Assembly: GCA_965198065.1 (NCBI GenBank)
Contig: CBDAON010000004.1
Location: 1,344,001-1,408,000, forward strand
Length of the DNA stretch: 64,000 nt
Reading direction: 5' to 3'
Source: Longimicrobiales bacterium
GTDB lineage: Bacteria; Gemmatimonadota; Gemmatimonadetes; Longimicrobiales; Gaopeijiaceae
Made by a program: the position numbers and the translations under genes. The first letter of the stretch is position 1. Each line of letters begins with the position of its first letter. Below, in pieces: positions 1 to 10,216 of the stretch. The notes beneath the pieces were generated by a model. The model was given only the letters and a program-made list of their open reading frames with translations, searched no databases and was not told the DNA's origin.

Positions 1-959
1 GGGCGAACGGCTGAAGCCGGAGCGTCGGCTCCGCCTCCCCGGGCGAGAGCTCCAGGTAGCGGCCCCCGAGGAACCGGGTCAGCCAGCGGTAGGAGCCGCC
101 CAGGTCCAGGATCAGGACGCGCGGGTCGTACCTGAGAGCTTCGACCAGCAGGAAGTTGAGCGTGAAGCTCTTCCCCGAGCCGGTCGCGCCGAGCATCAGC
201 GTGTGGCCTACGTCGCCGGCAAACAGGTCGTAGTGGTACGCCGTACGCCACGGGGTCTCCAAGACCGCGAGCGACTCGCGACCGAGATGCTTGCTCTTTG
301 CCGTGCCCCGGGGCGGCCCGAAGAGCGGCGCCAGGCTCGCCGCCACACCGGCCGACACGAACACCTTCCGCACCTGCCGCCCACGCGGCTGGGCCGGCAG
401 CCGCGCGAACCAGGCCGGCAGCTGGCCGTAGCCCTCACGGATCACCTTCGCGGCGTGCGCGGCGAACAGCCGACGCAGGTCGCCGTCCACGCGTTCGATG
501 CTTCCCAGCTCGCCGTGGAGGGCCACGGTCAGCGTGGCCTCGCCGTAGCTCACCCCGTCCGCTTCCAGCTCGACCAGCGCCTCGCCCAGCCGGTCGGACT
601 CGGTCGCCGCGGCCGAGTCGACCATGGCGGCCGCCGTGCCCTCGGTCTCCTGCACATGCGCCATCATCGAGTAGCGCCTGGCGAAGTAGTGGCGCTGCGC
701 GCCACGGATCCGGCGCCTCGCCGCCTCCATCGCCCACGGCCGCCACTCGAGCGAGACCGTCATCGCCGCGTCCAGGCAGTAGAGCTCCTGGAGCAGGTTG
801 GCCCGGGCCTGCCCAGGCGGGGACAGAAGCGAGTACAGGATCACCGGCTGGCCGTCGAGGCGCAGGTGCCCTCGCTCCGCCTCGAGTTCCGAGAGGGCGA
901 GCCGCCAGTTCATACCGCTCCCCGTCGCGCCGTCCCACACCGTGCCCGGACGGTTGATC
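1..959 (-). CDS. virB4: VirB4/TrbE-type T4SS ATPase, downstream part of an interrupted gene (runs off the window start)
   Basis: Manual minus-strand translation gives ...INRPGTVWDG...DVGHTLMLGATGSGKSFTLNFLL...RVLILDLGGSY (Walker A); in frame with 5251-5869 across the 11-bp repeat. Confidence 0.9.
949..959 (+). repeat. attL core GACGGTTGATC
   Basis: Identical to 5251-5261. Confidence 0.9.
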
Positions 960-1311
960 TACTGTCTATCCTGTTGCTATTTCGTCATAAGTATATGACT
1001 TATAGTTATTTATGGATGTAGTAGTTTTTGGTCCGACTCGTTTATATCGTATGTGATCCCGTATAATTGGCGTGCGATTACACGGGAACCTACGGTACGT
1101 TCGCGGACCCCGTGACGGGTTCGACCTTCGGCGTCGCGCGGGGCTGAGAAAGACCACGCAGATGACGATGCCCCCCTGAGCGGCGGCCAGATCCGCAATG
1201 GACCAGAGCCCGCCCGCCAGTAAGACCATGAGAATCGCGACGTCGATGGCAAAGAGGGGGCGATTGTATACCCCGTGCACGTCACCGGAAGGCCAGTTAG
1301 CATGAGGACCC

Positions 1312-1500
1312 ATGGAGCACCCCCCAGGAGACCGCCAAGCCGCCAGCTTCGGACGATTCAGAGCCAGCGTGGGCGATCTAGAGGTCCACGGACGGCCATA
1401 CCCGAGAATGCAAATGCTGACCGTTCAAGAGATCCTAGACGGGAGGCGGTTCGACACGCCTAGCGTCGTGGGCCGTGGATCGTCTCAGACCGTCTTCGGG
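1312..1500 (+). pseudogene. C-terminal fragment resembling a DNA methyltransferase/restriction-associated protein
   Basis: GDLEVHGRPYPRMQMLTVQEILDGRRFDTP resembles C-termini of RM-type methylase fusions; no N-terminal part present. Confidence 0.4.
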
Positions 1501-1987
1501 ATCGCAGACGGAAAGGCACAGCAAGTGCTCAAGATTGATGGACTAAGGCGGACCGGTCTCGCTATTGGGTCACGCAACCGGGAGACACCCACCCAGCGAA
1601 AGGCAGCGTGGCCGAGCTGATGCGGGCGCTTGCGAAGGAACTCGAGGTCCCCATCTACGTTGACGACACCAGGGAGACCCTCGCGCTGAGGCTCGCCCGG
1701 GCGAACCCCGAGCGCTGGAAGGAATTTATCACGGAGGAGCACCTAACCGAGTCTGGAGCTGCGGACTCGACACCCAGGAGTGGACCCCATGCTAAGCCCT
1801 GACTCCGGGCTGCAAAGCCCATAACTTGTTATCGCGAAGTTCTTCGCTAAGCTCCTCAATGTTGATGATGCGACGAGACCCAGCTACTTTTACCACACGG
1901 GCAGCTGCGGACCGGTGAGCCACGTCGCAGACAGTAGTTCCCGCACCCAGGTCTAGCGTCCTCCAACCTACGGAAGAAGGCTACACG

Positions 1988-2644
1988 ATGCGTCTCGCAC
2001 CTCATCTCCTCCAGCAGGTTTCTCCACTTTTCGCACTTGCGCTTTCCGTCAGCCTACTCGTCCCGGGAAGTGTCCAAGGGCAGACGAGCCTGTCACTCCA
2101 GGCCGGCGCCAGCCTCGCGACCCTCGGAGGGAGCGACGTAGACAGCGCTGATTCTCGAACCGGCATCAAAGTTCGGGCATCGGCTATCCTGCCACTTACG
2201 ACCAGCCTTGGTTTGCAGCTTGGGGCTGCCTATGCAGCAAAGGGCGCGACCGAGCAGGAAGATGGTGTGGATTTGGCGTTTGATCTCGACTACCTGGAGA
2301 TACCCCTGCTTCTGAGGCTCAGCCCTGCCGTCGCGGGCACCCTATCGCCGCACTTCACCATCGGCCCGACACTCTCCTTTCGGGTGGCCTGCAACGTGAG
2401 CGGAAAGGCAGAGGGCTTTGAGATTTCAGTTGACTGCGATGATGCAGAATTTGCGGACTTGAGCTTGAAGACGATTGACTTTGGGGCAGTGGCCGGTGCC
2501 GGTCTAGACATCGCAACGCCGGGTTCCCTGTCCGTGTCGTTGGATGTCCTCTACAACTTTGGTCTGGCGTCCATCTCCGAGTCGGACGATGTGAAGAATC
2601 GCGCGTTCTCGATCCTAGCGGGCATCACGTTCCCCATAGGATAG
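1988..2644 (+). CDS. Outer-membrane beta-barrel (porin family) protein
   Basis: Signal peptide, LDYLEIPLLL motif, amphipathic strands, aromatic residue near C-terminus (GITFPIG). Confidence 0.8.
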   Translation: MRLAPHLLQQVSPLFALALSVSLLVPGSVQGQTSLSLQAGASLATLGGSDVDSADSRTGIKVRASAILPLTTSLGLQLGAAYAAKGATEQEDGVDLAFDLDYLEIPLLLRLSPAVAGTLSPHFTIGPTLSFRVACNVSGKAEGFEISVDCDDAEFADLSLKTIDFGAVAGAGLDIATPGSLSVSLDVLYNFGLASISESDDVKNRAFSILAGITFPIG

Positions 2645-3559
2645 CAACCGAGTTCGAAACACAACCACGCCGTGTCGAACGGGCGAGCTGACGGTCGAGC
2701 TTACGAATGAGGCGCGACTAGGGCCACGACGATTGAGATGAGCCACTTCCGTCCCGTTTTCATTGAGCACTCCCCATTTGGCATTTGGGGCCTTGACACC
2801 CGGGACGTGGTAGTGCCGGGCCGTTTGTCGCCATGACCCGTTCTCCCGTCCGCATAACCCCCTTAACTGCCTCTTATGACTGCATAACTTGCGAGCCACT
2901 GAGCGCGTGTCAATATCGGAAACGGCTACTTATGGTAGTCGGTAAGTAACCGTTAACACCATCAAATTGTTGGACTTCGGTGGCTCCCTAACTCCGCTCC
3001 CCACGAGCGCGGGCCACCGCTATCCGGCGGCACCAACACACACGGCAGGAGAATGCAGGGATGCGGTGGACCCCGGCGTTGACAACACGAGTGTGTGGAG
3101 TGTCTATGGTAGGTTTGCTCGATGGCTGGCCGAGGGCTGATCGCCCGTGGCACGGCCTGGCAAACCGCACGACTCGCCCAGGTGCGCTTCCGATGAGAAG
3201 CCGACCCCTCACGCCACCACTGGGATGTGCAAGACACATCAGGGGTTGATGCACATATGGCCCCAGTCGTGATGTGCAGAAGCAGGGCTCGCTATCCTAT
3301 TGGGGCTGCGGCAGTTGCGCGCGGCGGCGCCCGCCCGGAGACCGCGAACGGGACAGCGCGCGGGTTAAGGGGAGCGACCCCCGGATTCGATGCCTCGATC
3401 GGCATCGCGGAGGGTTGGCATGTGCACACCCATGCCACCCTCCGCCGGGGGTCGCTCCCCTCCAGCAATCCCTAGCGGGAAGGCCATCAAGCGCCGCTGC
3501 GAGCGCGGCGTATCAACGAATCCGGCCGCCGGTCGCGGCTTTTCACCAGCTAGGTGGCT

Positions 3560-3840
3560 CGGCAAGTCGTCCCAGTGAGGTCGGCGTCGGCGCTCGACCA
3601 AGCCCGAAACTGCCCCGAGGTGGTTGAGGTTGCCGCCGATGCGCGCGACCTGCCGGCCGCGCTCGCACGCAAAGCGGCCGCCGGGGCAGTCCAGGTCCGC
3701 GTGCGCGCCATGGCCTGCCGGAGCGCGGGCGTCCAGGGGATCGAAGGGGGCGGAGCCACCCTCGCCAGCCCCTGCCGGGGACCCGCGAAGCGTGGCCACA
3801 AAGGGTAGGCTGGCTTAGGCACCGCTTAGGCACCGTAAGG
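3560..3840 (-). pseudogene. Degenerate MobC-like relaxosome gene with upstream oriT-like region
   Basis: RQVARIGGNLNHL resembles the MobC RIGxNLNQ motif; adjacent GC hairpin and tandem GCTTAGGCACC x2 (3813-3834). Confidence 0.4.
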
Positions 3841-3911
3841 TGTTCTCAGCCAGCTCTGCGGACGCCTCCGAAACGCCTCTCCGGGCACCGCCCGGAGCAG
3901 CGGGCCAAGGT

Positions 3912-5090
3912 CTATCTCTCGCCCGCGAGATAGGCCGCCCAATCGTCCATCAGCCGGCGCCTGCGCTCGAAGAGGTCCGAACGCGCATAGGCCGCTTCCA
4001 CCTTGTTGCGAACCGCATGGGCCAACGCGGCCTCGGCGACCTCACGCGGTGCGTTGGAACACTCGCCGCACCAGTCCCTGAAGCTCGAACGAAAGCCGTG
4101 CGGCACAGCCGCGATACCCAGGTCTCGAAGTAGCGTGGAGAGTCTGCTGCCGGGAAATGCGCGGCCCTCCGACGACGGGAAAACCAGACCGCTGCTGCCG
4201 CCGAGCGTCCGCGCCTCCTCGAGGATCTCCATGGCGCGCCCGGACAGCGGCACCCTGTGCGGGCGATGGGCTTTCGTGCGTTCGGCGGGAACCGTCCACT
4301 CCCGAGCCTCCAGGTCGATTTCATCCCACTGTGCCAAGCGAACCTCTCCCGAGCGGGCCGCCGTCAACACCAGGAACTCGAAGGCGAGTTTCGTGGCCGG
4401 GTAAGCGTGCGACTTCCGCACCATCTCCATCGCGCCCGCGACCTTCGAGTGAGGCAACGCGCGCATGTGCCGGATTACGGCTTGCTGTCGGCCAAGCGCT
4501 TGACCGAGCACATCGCTGGCGGGGTTGTCCGGCCGAAGCCCCATCGCCACCGCCCACTTCATCACCGCCCCGATGCGCTGGCGCACCCGCCGGGCCGTCA
4601 CCTGCTTGTCGTGCCAGATCGGTGTCAGAACCGCCAGAACGTCGGCTGTCGTTATCTCGCCGACCGGTCGATTGCCCAGCTGTGGGAATGCATAGACGCG
4701 CAGGCTCGAGACCCAGTCCTGCGCATGCCTGGGGCTGCGCCAGCCCGGCCGAAGCTGTTCCAGAACACGGGCGGCCGCCTCGGCGAACGTGGGCATGTCC
4801 CGGACCTTGTATCGCTCGGTACGCGGATCGCCGCCCGAGCGCGCGATCTTGCGGTTCATGAATGCCTTCTCGCGCGCCTCGGCCAGCGATACCAGCTGGT
4901 AGCCCCCGAGCCCCAGCGTGCGGTTTCGACCCTGGATCCGCAGACGCTGCTCCCATCGGCGCGCGCCGGATCGGTCCACGCGCAGATAGAGGCCGTTCCC
5001 ATCGCAGTAGTATCCGGGCTTGGCGCTGCGCACGAAGGCCGCGCTGAGTGCGTTGTGCGGCCGCCTGCCTCGGTGTTTGGGCAAATCCAA
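3912..5090 (-). CDS. P4-like tyrosine integrase (arm-binding N-domain)
   Basis: DGNGLYL N-domain, LTAARSGE (R), HGFRSSFRDW (HxxR), ALAH, AAY; start uncertain (TTG 5090/5084, ORF open to 5147). Confidence 0.95.
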   Translation of the reverse strand: MDLPKHRGRRPHNALSAAFVRSAKPGYYCDGNGLYLRVDRSGARRWEQRLRIQGRNRTLGLGGYQLVSLAEAREKAFMNRKIARSGGDPRTERYKVRDMPTFAEAAARVLEQLRPGWRSPRHAQDWVSSLRVYAFPQLGNRPVGEITTADVLAVLTPIWHDKQVTARRVRQRIGAVMKWAVAMGLRPDNPASDVLGQALGRQQAVIRHMRALPHSKVAGAMEMVRKSHAYPATKLAFEFLVLTAARSGEVRLAQWDEIDLEAREWTVPAERTKAHRPHRVPLSGRAMEILEEARTLGGSSGLVFPSSEGRAFPGSRLSTLLRDLGIAAVPHGFRSSFRDWCGECSNAPREVAEAALAHAVRNKVEAAYARSDLFERRRRLMDDWAAYLAGER

Positions 5091-5250
5091 TTCGGGAGTC
5101 CCCGTATAAAGTATCGTATGTTGTATACGGGAACATAGTGGACACACAGCGACACTGCAACCGGGAGTATCCTACATAACTCACTGTGGTAACTCTAGTT
5201 ATATGATATTACTAGACATGTATGGATCGTATTGGAATCTATGTGTAGCA

Positions 5251-5261
5251 GACGGTTGATC
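5251..5261 (+). repeat. attR core GACGGTTGATC
   Basis: Identical to 949-959. Confidence 0.9.
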
Positions 5262-5869
5262 AGCTCGGAGAGGAGACGGGAAGCTTCGGCGGGCTCGAGC
5301 ATCTCGATCGGCGTGTGCTCCTCCACGAGCGCCCGGCCCGCGTCCACCGTCGAGCGAAAGCGGGCAGCGGCGGCCTCGATCTCGGACCGCAGGTAGGTGG
5401 GCGCGCCCCCTCGGCGGCGCTTCCACCACTGCGTGAGCCGGGAGGCGCTACCCGATGTGGGCCCGTCTGCCACCGTCCGGAGACGGGGATCGTGCGACCA
5501 GACCAGGTAGGCCCCGAGCTGCTGCACCCGCCCGGCCAGAAACGCACTCCGCTTACGCTGCGAGACCGCTACGATGCCGGAACCCTCGTCGTCCGCGGCC
5601 TCGGGCGAGGCCGGGCGCCGGAGTAGATAGAAGTAGAGGCGCGTGTCGGCGTCCAACCCCGAAAGCAGACGCTGCCAGCGGCCCAGCACGCGGTCGATCT
5701 GCTCGGGCGAACGCCCATCGACCACCGCAGGCTCCAGCCGTCCGGCCGCGATCAACTCGCCGGACCGGGTCAGGCACGTGCGGCCGTCCTCGAGCCAACC
5801 CCAGTAGGGCAGCTCCTCGGCCAGCGAGCCGGCCGCCTCGTGGTCTCTGAGCTCAGCGGCGATCCTCAC
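5251..5869 (-). CDS. virB4: VirB4/TrbE-type ATPase, N-terminal part of the interrupted gene
   Basis: GTG start overlaps virB3 stop (GTGA); LAEELPYWGWLE..TCLTRSGEL typical VirB4 N-terminus; ends ...LSELINR at the att core. Confidence 0.85.
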
Positions 5870-6168
5870 CGCCCGCTCCGGATCACGAGATGCCACGGCT
5901 CTTCGGCCCACTTGCCCGGGTCGAAACGCGACGGGTAGCGCGTCCCGGCGCGGAGCACGCCAAGCATGTCCGGGTCCTTGCGGCCGGCCAGCCATCCGGC
6001 CCCAAAGCCGACCGCGAACACCACGCCGCCCGTCACGAGCGAAGCCGTCGCGTTCCACATCGCGAGCCCGAGCGTGGCGACGAGGAGAAACCCCCTACGC
6101 TCCACGCCCAGGATCGTGAGCGGACGGTTCAGCGCCGCATAACCGGCCCAGCGCCTCAGACCCCTCAT
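5866..6168 (-). CDS. virB3: VirB3/TrbD-like T4SS membrane protein
   Basis: ALNRPLTILGVER motif, two TM segments, KDPD; lies between pilin and virB4. Confidence 0.85.
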   Translation of the reverse strand: MRGLRRWAGYAALNRPLTILGVERRGFLLVATLGLAMWNATASLVTGGVVFAVGFGAGWLAGRKDPDMLGVLRAGTRYPSRFDPGKWAEEPWHLVIRSGR

Positions 6169-6461
6169 CAGAAGAGCCAGGCCAGGAAGTTCGCCGCGCC
6201 CATCGCCATCCCGAGACCGAAGATGATCCCGGCCAGCGTCCGCTTGCTCCCGCCCTCGCCGAACGCGAACATCAGCCCGCCCACCACGATCGCGATCAGA
6301 GATAGCCCGCGCGCGATCGGACCCGTGAACTGCGCCTGCAGCTCGTTCACCGCCTCCACCCACGGGCTCGTCCCCTGCGCCCACAGCACCCCGGGGGACA
6401 GCAACCACAGCGCTACCGTGGCCCAGGCCGCCGCTCGTACCGTCCTAATGAAAGGTTGCAT
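6168..6461 (-). CDS. virB2: VirB2/TrbC pilin
   Basis: Signal peptide, SPW...FTGPIARGLSLIAIVVGGLMFAFGE, two hydrophobic helices. Confidence 0.9.
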   Translation of the reverse strand: MQPFIRTVRAAAWATVALWLLSPGVLWAQGTSPWVEAVNELQAQFTGPIARGLSLIAIVVGGLMFAFGEGGSKRTLAGIIFGLGMAMGAANFLAWLF

Positions 6462-6496
6462 CGTCTGCTCCTTGGTCTCTCGCTGGGATGCGCCGA

Positions 6497-6988
6497 TCAC
6501 TCGGCTTTGCCGCGGCTCAACGCGATCTGCTTGCGGATCCACTCGTCCACCTCCTCCTCGATCCAGCCGACAGCGCGCGCGCCTAGCTGGACGGGTCTGG
6601 GGAAGGACCCCTCGGCCAGCCGCACGTAGATCGTGCTCCGCCCGAGCCCCGTGCGAGCTTGCACGGCCGGGAGCCGCACGATGCGGATCGGCACCTCCAT
6701 TTCCTGCACCATGGTTCTCGTCATCTCTCTGCCTCTCCGTTCTCTCTGGGATGAATCCCGGAGCCGGTCGCTCCGGGAGGAAACAGGGTCCACACCGGCC
6801 TCGTCGAAGCCTTCCATGAACGCCAGGAGCTGATCGACCGTCGCGAGCGTCGGGGAGCGGCCATGGCGTAGCTCACGCACCAGGTTCGGATCGCCAACCG
6901 CCTGGCGGCCAAGCGTCGCCGGCCCCACTCCCGTGCGCTCGAGGAACGCCTCCACTCGCGCCATGAAAAGCCCCTTCAGCGTCTCCAT
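6497..6988 (-). CDS. Cro-like HTH fused to AlpA-family excisionase/regulator
   Basis: N-terminal VEAFLERTG..TLGRQAVGDPNLV; C-terminal VRLPAVQARTGLGRSTIY...FPRPVQLGARAVGW. Confidence 0.85.
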   Translation of the reverse strand: METLKGLFMARVEAFLERTGVGPATLGRQAVGDPNLVRELRHGRSPTLATVDQLLAFMEGFDEAGVDPVSSRSDRLRDSSQRERRGREMTRTMVQEMEVPIRIVRLPAVQARTGLGRSTIYVRLAEGSFPRPVQLGARAVGWIEEEVDEWIRKQIALSRGKAE

Positions 6989-7394
6989 GCGAGGGACGAT
7001 GAAGGCACTTGCGCAACTACGTCAATCCGTAGGATTTAACCGACGTTCTTAGTGGATCTATTGGAATTGAAGTGGAACAGCGGCCTCTCCGACCGCTCCG
7101 CCAGCGGGGCGTCGAGCGGGTCGGGGAGAGGCGCTCCGAGGGTGGGGAAAAACGTCAATCGGGATCGGGCGAGACACGGCCGACCCGGGGGCGGTTCATT
7201 CTCCGGCAGTACACCCGGCATACTGCTCTGAAGGGTGCGTCTATACGAGCCAAGGGCCGGGCCGAGGGGCTCTAGAGCGCGATAATTGAAATCGAGTGCC
7301 TCATGGCGGGGCCGATTGGCGATGGAAGCATCGGACAGGCCGGATAGACGACAGCACTTGACCACCATGTGCCGAACCGTCGACGGGGGCACCT

Positions 7395-7690
7395 ATAGAC
7401 GCCAGCGCGGCCTCAAAGACCTCGCGTGGATGGTTCGTCTGCTCGGCCGCCCAGTCCATCAAGCTGGAACGCAAAACCGTGCGGCACGGCCGGCAGCTCT
7501 AAGTCCTCGAGCAGCCCCGACAGTGCCAGCCCCGTTCGACACGCTTTCCGCGCACACTCGGGAACACCAGCGGGTTCTCGTCGCCGAGCTTCGGTGCCGT
7601 GTCGAGGACGTGCCTAGTGCGGCGGCGCAGCGGAATCCGGTCGTCTTCGTCCACGTGGCCGGGATGGTCCACGGGCCGTTTAGCAAGTGG
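7395..7690 (-). pseudogene. Degenerate P4-like integrase C-terminal remnant
   Basis: Frameshifted WTIPA...LVFPS...AVPHGF/RSSLMDWAAEQTNHPREVFEAALA, homologous to the intact integrases here. Confidence 0.75.
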
Positions 7691-8027
7691 AGGCGGACAA
7701 GGCGGAGACCGTGTCAGGCTTGATCGGAGGGACGCCGGTGGGGATCCGGGGCGTCCCACCGCGGCGAATCCGACCAGAGGCGGTAGATGGGGCGGCGGCG
7801 TGGGTCCGCAAGGTTGTTCTGGATGTCATGGATCGTTCAGCCCGAGAACGATGTGTTCTTGCTGACCCTAGAGAGCGAGCCGGCCACGTTCGTCAGGGGA
7901 CGGCAGCCAAGCGATCTTGCTTTCAGCGGCCTGCTGCAGTGGCGGTTCGGCGGCGAGGCGTACTGCACGGGTTCCGTTCGAACCATAAGTCTCACCTGCA
8001 AGCTGACACCCCACGGGGGTAGGAACA

Positions 8028-8723
8028 ATGGTAACAAGCAACGTCATACAGCGTATCTTCAAGATTCGACGAGGTGAGTCATCAGGTACAGCCTTTACCA
8101 CGGACCGCGGCGGTCGGCAATACGTCGTCACTGCCCGTCACGTTGTCGAAGGCATCGTGCCGGGAGAGACGATTGATATATGGCACGACGAGAGATGGAA
8201 GGCTCTGGATGTCCACATCGTGGGAATTGGTGAAGGAGAATTGGATATCACCGTACTGACCGCCTCGATCCAGGTTTCACCTACGCATCCACTGGAAGCA
8301 AGCGCCGGAGGGGTGACCTACAGTCAGCCGGTGTATCTCCTTGGGTTTCCGTACGGCCGCGACGGTGGCGGTACGGAAATAAACCGTGGCTTACCCATTC
8401 CATTCGTGAAGTCGGGGATTGTCAGTGCCATGGAGTTCGGCGATGTCAACAGGATCTACATCGACACGCACGCAAACGAAGGGTTCAGCGGTGGCCCGGT
8501 CGTGTTCCATCCTCAAGACAAGCCGAAGGAGGCGAATGAGCTTCGAGTGGCAGGGGTCGTCACCGGGTACCTTCAACATGCCCGAACGGTTCATGACGAC
8601 AGCGGGAACCGGTTGGGTAGGGTAACGGAGAACGCTGGCATTGTTGTCGCGCTTGGGATGCGGCAGGTCGTTGATTTGATCGACGCAAACCCCATCGGCT
8701 TCAAGTTGCCTACAGTTGCGTGA
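8028..8723 (+). CDS. Trypsin-like serine protease, no signal peptide
   Basis: VVTARHVV (His), LDI (Asp), LGFP, NEGFSGGPV (Ser). Confidence 0.85.
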   Translation: MVTSNVIQRIFKIRRGESSGTAFTTDRGGRQYVVTARHVVEGIVPGETIDIWHDERWKALDVHIVGIGEGELDITVLTASIQVSPTHPLEASAGGVTYSQPVYLLGFPYGRDGGGTEINRGLPIPFVKSGIVSAMEFGDVNRIYIDTHANEGFSGGPVVFHPQDKPKEANELRVAGVVTGYLQHARTVHDDSGNRLGRVTENAGIVVALGMRQVVDLIDANPIGFKLPTVA

Positions 8724-9117
8724 TTTGGCGCGTGCGTTTCGTCACGATGTTTAGGATCTGCTTCCGTGTCGATGTCCGAAGAGCCGAAGTGATCATCTCG
8801 ATCGCGGCCCACTTGCGGAGGAGTGCCAACAGGCACGGTCTGCTCACAGCGATGTCACCGTGCGATCCGGCGTCGGAACGCGGCGAGGGGGGGCTCGGTG
8901 ACGATCGGGGGCGAGGTCAAGATCGCATCGTCCCGACCATCGATCCCTGCGGGAAGGCTGCGGCGCTAGGGCGCCGAATGACCACTAATTCGCGCACGCC
9001 TTTGGCGGATGAGAGCCTGGTGCAGGGGGCGTTCCGGCCTGCCAGGGTCGCTCTCTCTCCTGCAAGACGCCTATTAGGGGGATTTGGTATCCCGTTTCAT
9101 CGAGCAGCCCGGCTGGC

Positions 9118-9960
9118 TCACTGGCAGTACCCCTCGTTGACACGCAGGTAGTCGAGGATGAAGGCGTCTAGGTATGCGCTCACCAGCTCACGGACGGCCA
9201 CCCGTTGGCCCGGTTCGTCTGCAACGATTACGGATGATCTCCCGTCGAGTTCCCATGACATACGCTCCCACGTCTCAACGACCTTGAACTCACCCGACAA
9301 GGGGTCCCAAACCTCCTTCGGGAACCATGCCCGGCTCCCGTCCCAGGCAATTCCCAGTGCGAGGGGATCGCCGTTCTCCCAATCATCACCATTCCAAATT
9401 CCTGCGGACCGCAGGCGATTCTCGGCCATTCTCCGGTTCTCCCTGAGCAACTCCCCACTCGGATCGGTCGGGCCGATGTAGACGGCATTCAACTTCACCG
9501 GCGCGCATTCGGTGAAGAGCGCGAACCGTTCATCCGCGAGGGTGGCAAGCGAGTCGAGTTCGGCCGATGCAGCTTCCAGAGCGTATATCCTCGCTAACAT
9601 TGAGTCGGCTCGCGCGAGCGCCCCGCGCATCTGCTCCGATCCTGTAGCGACACGACGGGCAACTTCGTCTCGGAAAGCCCGAAAGTTGTCTAGATCGTCG
9701 ATCACGACGTCGGTATCAGCCTCCCGGAAACCCTCCCAGAAAGCCTCCCGTATGGAATCGTTGAACACCCGGCGGGAGTACAGGGAATCGTGCCGGACGA
9801 CGGCCTCTGCGTAGCTGCGTTCAGCCTGATCGCCTCGGATCTCCTCCGCTAGGTCCGGATTGCCCACTTCCGGTTGCTCTGCCTCAGGAGTTGCCGGCGC
9901 ACAGCTTCCGAGCGCGACGGTAAGGAAGATAAGCGCGACGGCCCGGTACGTGTGTGTCAT
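9118..9960 (-). CDS. Hypothetical lipoprotein
   Basis: Signal peptide with lipobox VALGSC. Confidence 0.65.
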   Translation of the reverse strand: MTHTYRAVALIFLTVALGSCAPATPEAEQPEVGNPDLAEEIRGDQAERSYAEAVVRHDSLYSRRVFNDSIREAFWEGFREADTDVVIDDLDNFRAFRDEVARRVATGSEQMRGALARADSMLARIYALEAASAELDSLATLADERFALFTECAPVKLNAVYIGPTDPSGELLRENRRMAENRLRSAGIWNGDDWENGDPLALGIAWDGSRAWFPKEVWDPLSGEFKVVETWERMSWELDGRSSVIVADEPGQRVAVRELVSAYLDAFILDYLRVNEGYCQ

Positions 9961-10110
9961 CCGGCCTCCTTGAGCCCCCCTAGGCGTGAATGTCTTGCTC
10001 CTGCTAGGCCCCATAAGGCTAGAAACCTAAGACCCGCCCGCCGTGGCCCGCGAGGAGGCTAGGGTAGGGAGGAGTCCGAAGTGTCGAGGGCCTCTTCTCC
10101 GGCCCTAAGT

Positions 10111-10137
10111 CGGTCCAGATAGTCCGCCCATTCTTGG
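10111..10137 (+). repeat. attL-like repeat CGGTCCAGATAGTCCGCCCATTCTTGG
   Basis: Matches 20127-20153 with 2 mismatches. Confidence 0.85.
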
Positions 10138-10216
10138 ATCAGCTGCGCCAATATCATTATAAACGATTGATTAAAATATACTTATCGTAAGCAAAACCGG
10201 AGGCTCACACACGGAG

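Larger units (their letters stand above)
949..5261. mobile_element. 4.3-kb integrative (possibly mobilizable) element inserted in virB4
   Basis: Direct repeat GACGGTTGATC at both ends, tyrosine integrase next to the right end, AT-rich arms sharing motifs, host gene split exactly at the repeat. Confidence 0.9.

Noticed and set aside
203..1021. 272-aa plus-strand ORF and many similar long overlapping ORFs throughout the window
   Set aside because: Antisense or alternate-frame shadows of real genes in GC-rich DNA (here virB4); no recognisable motifs
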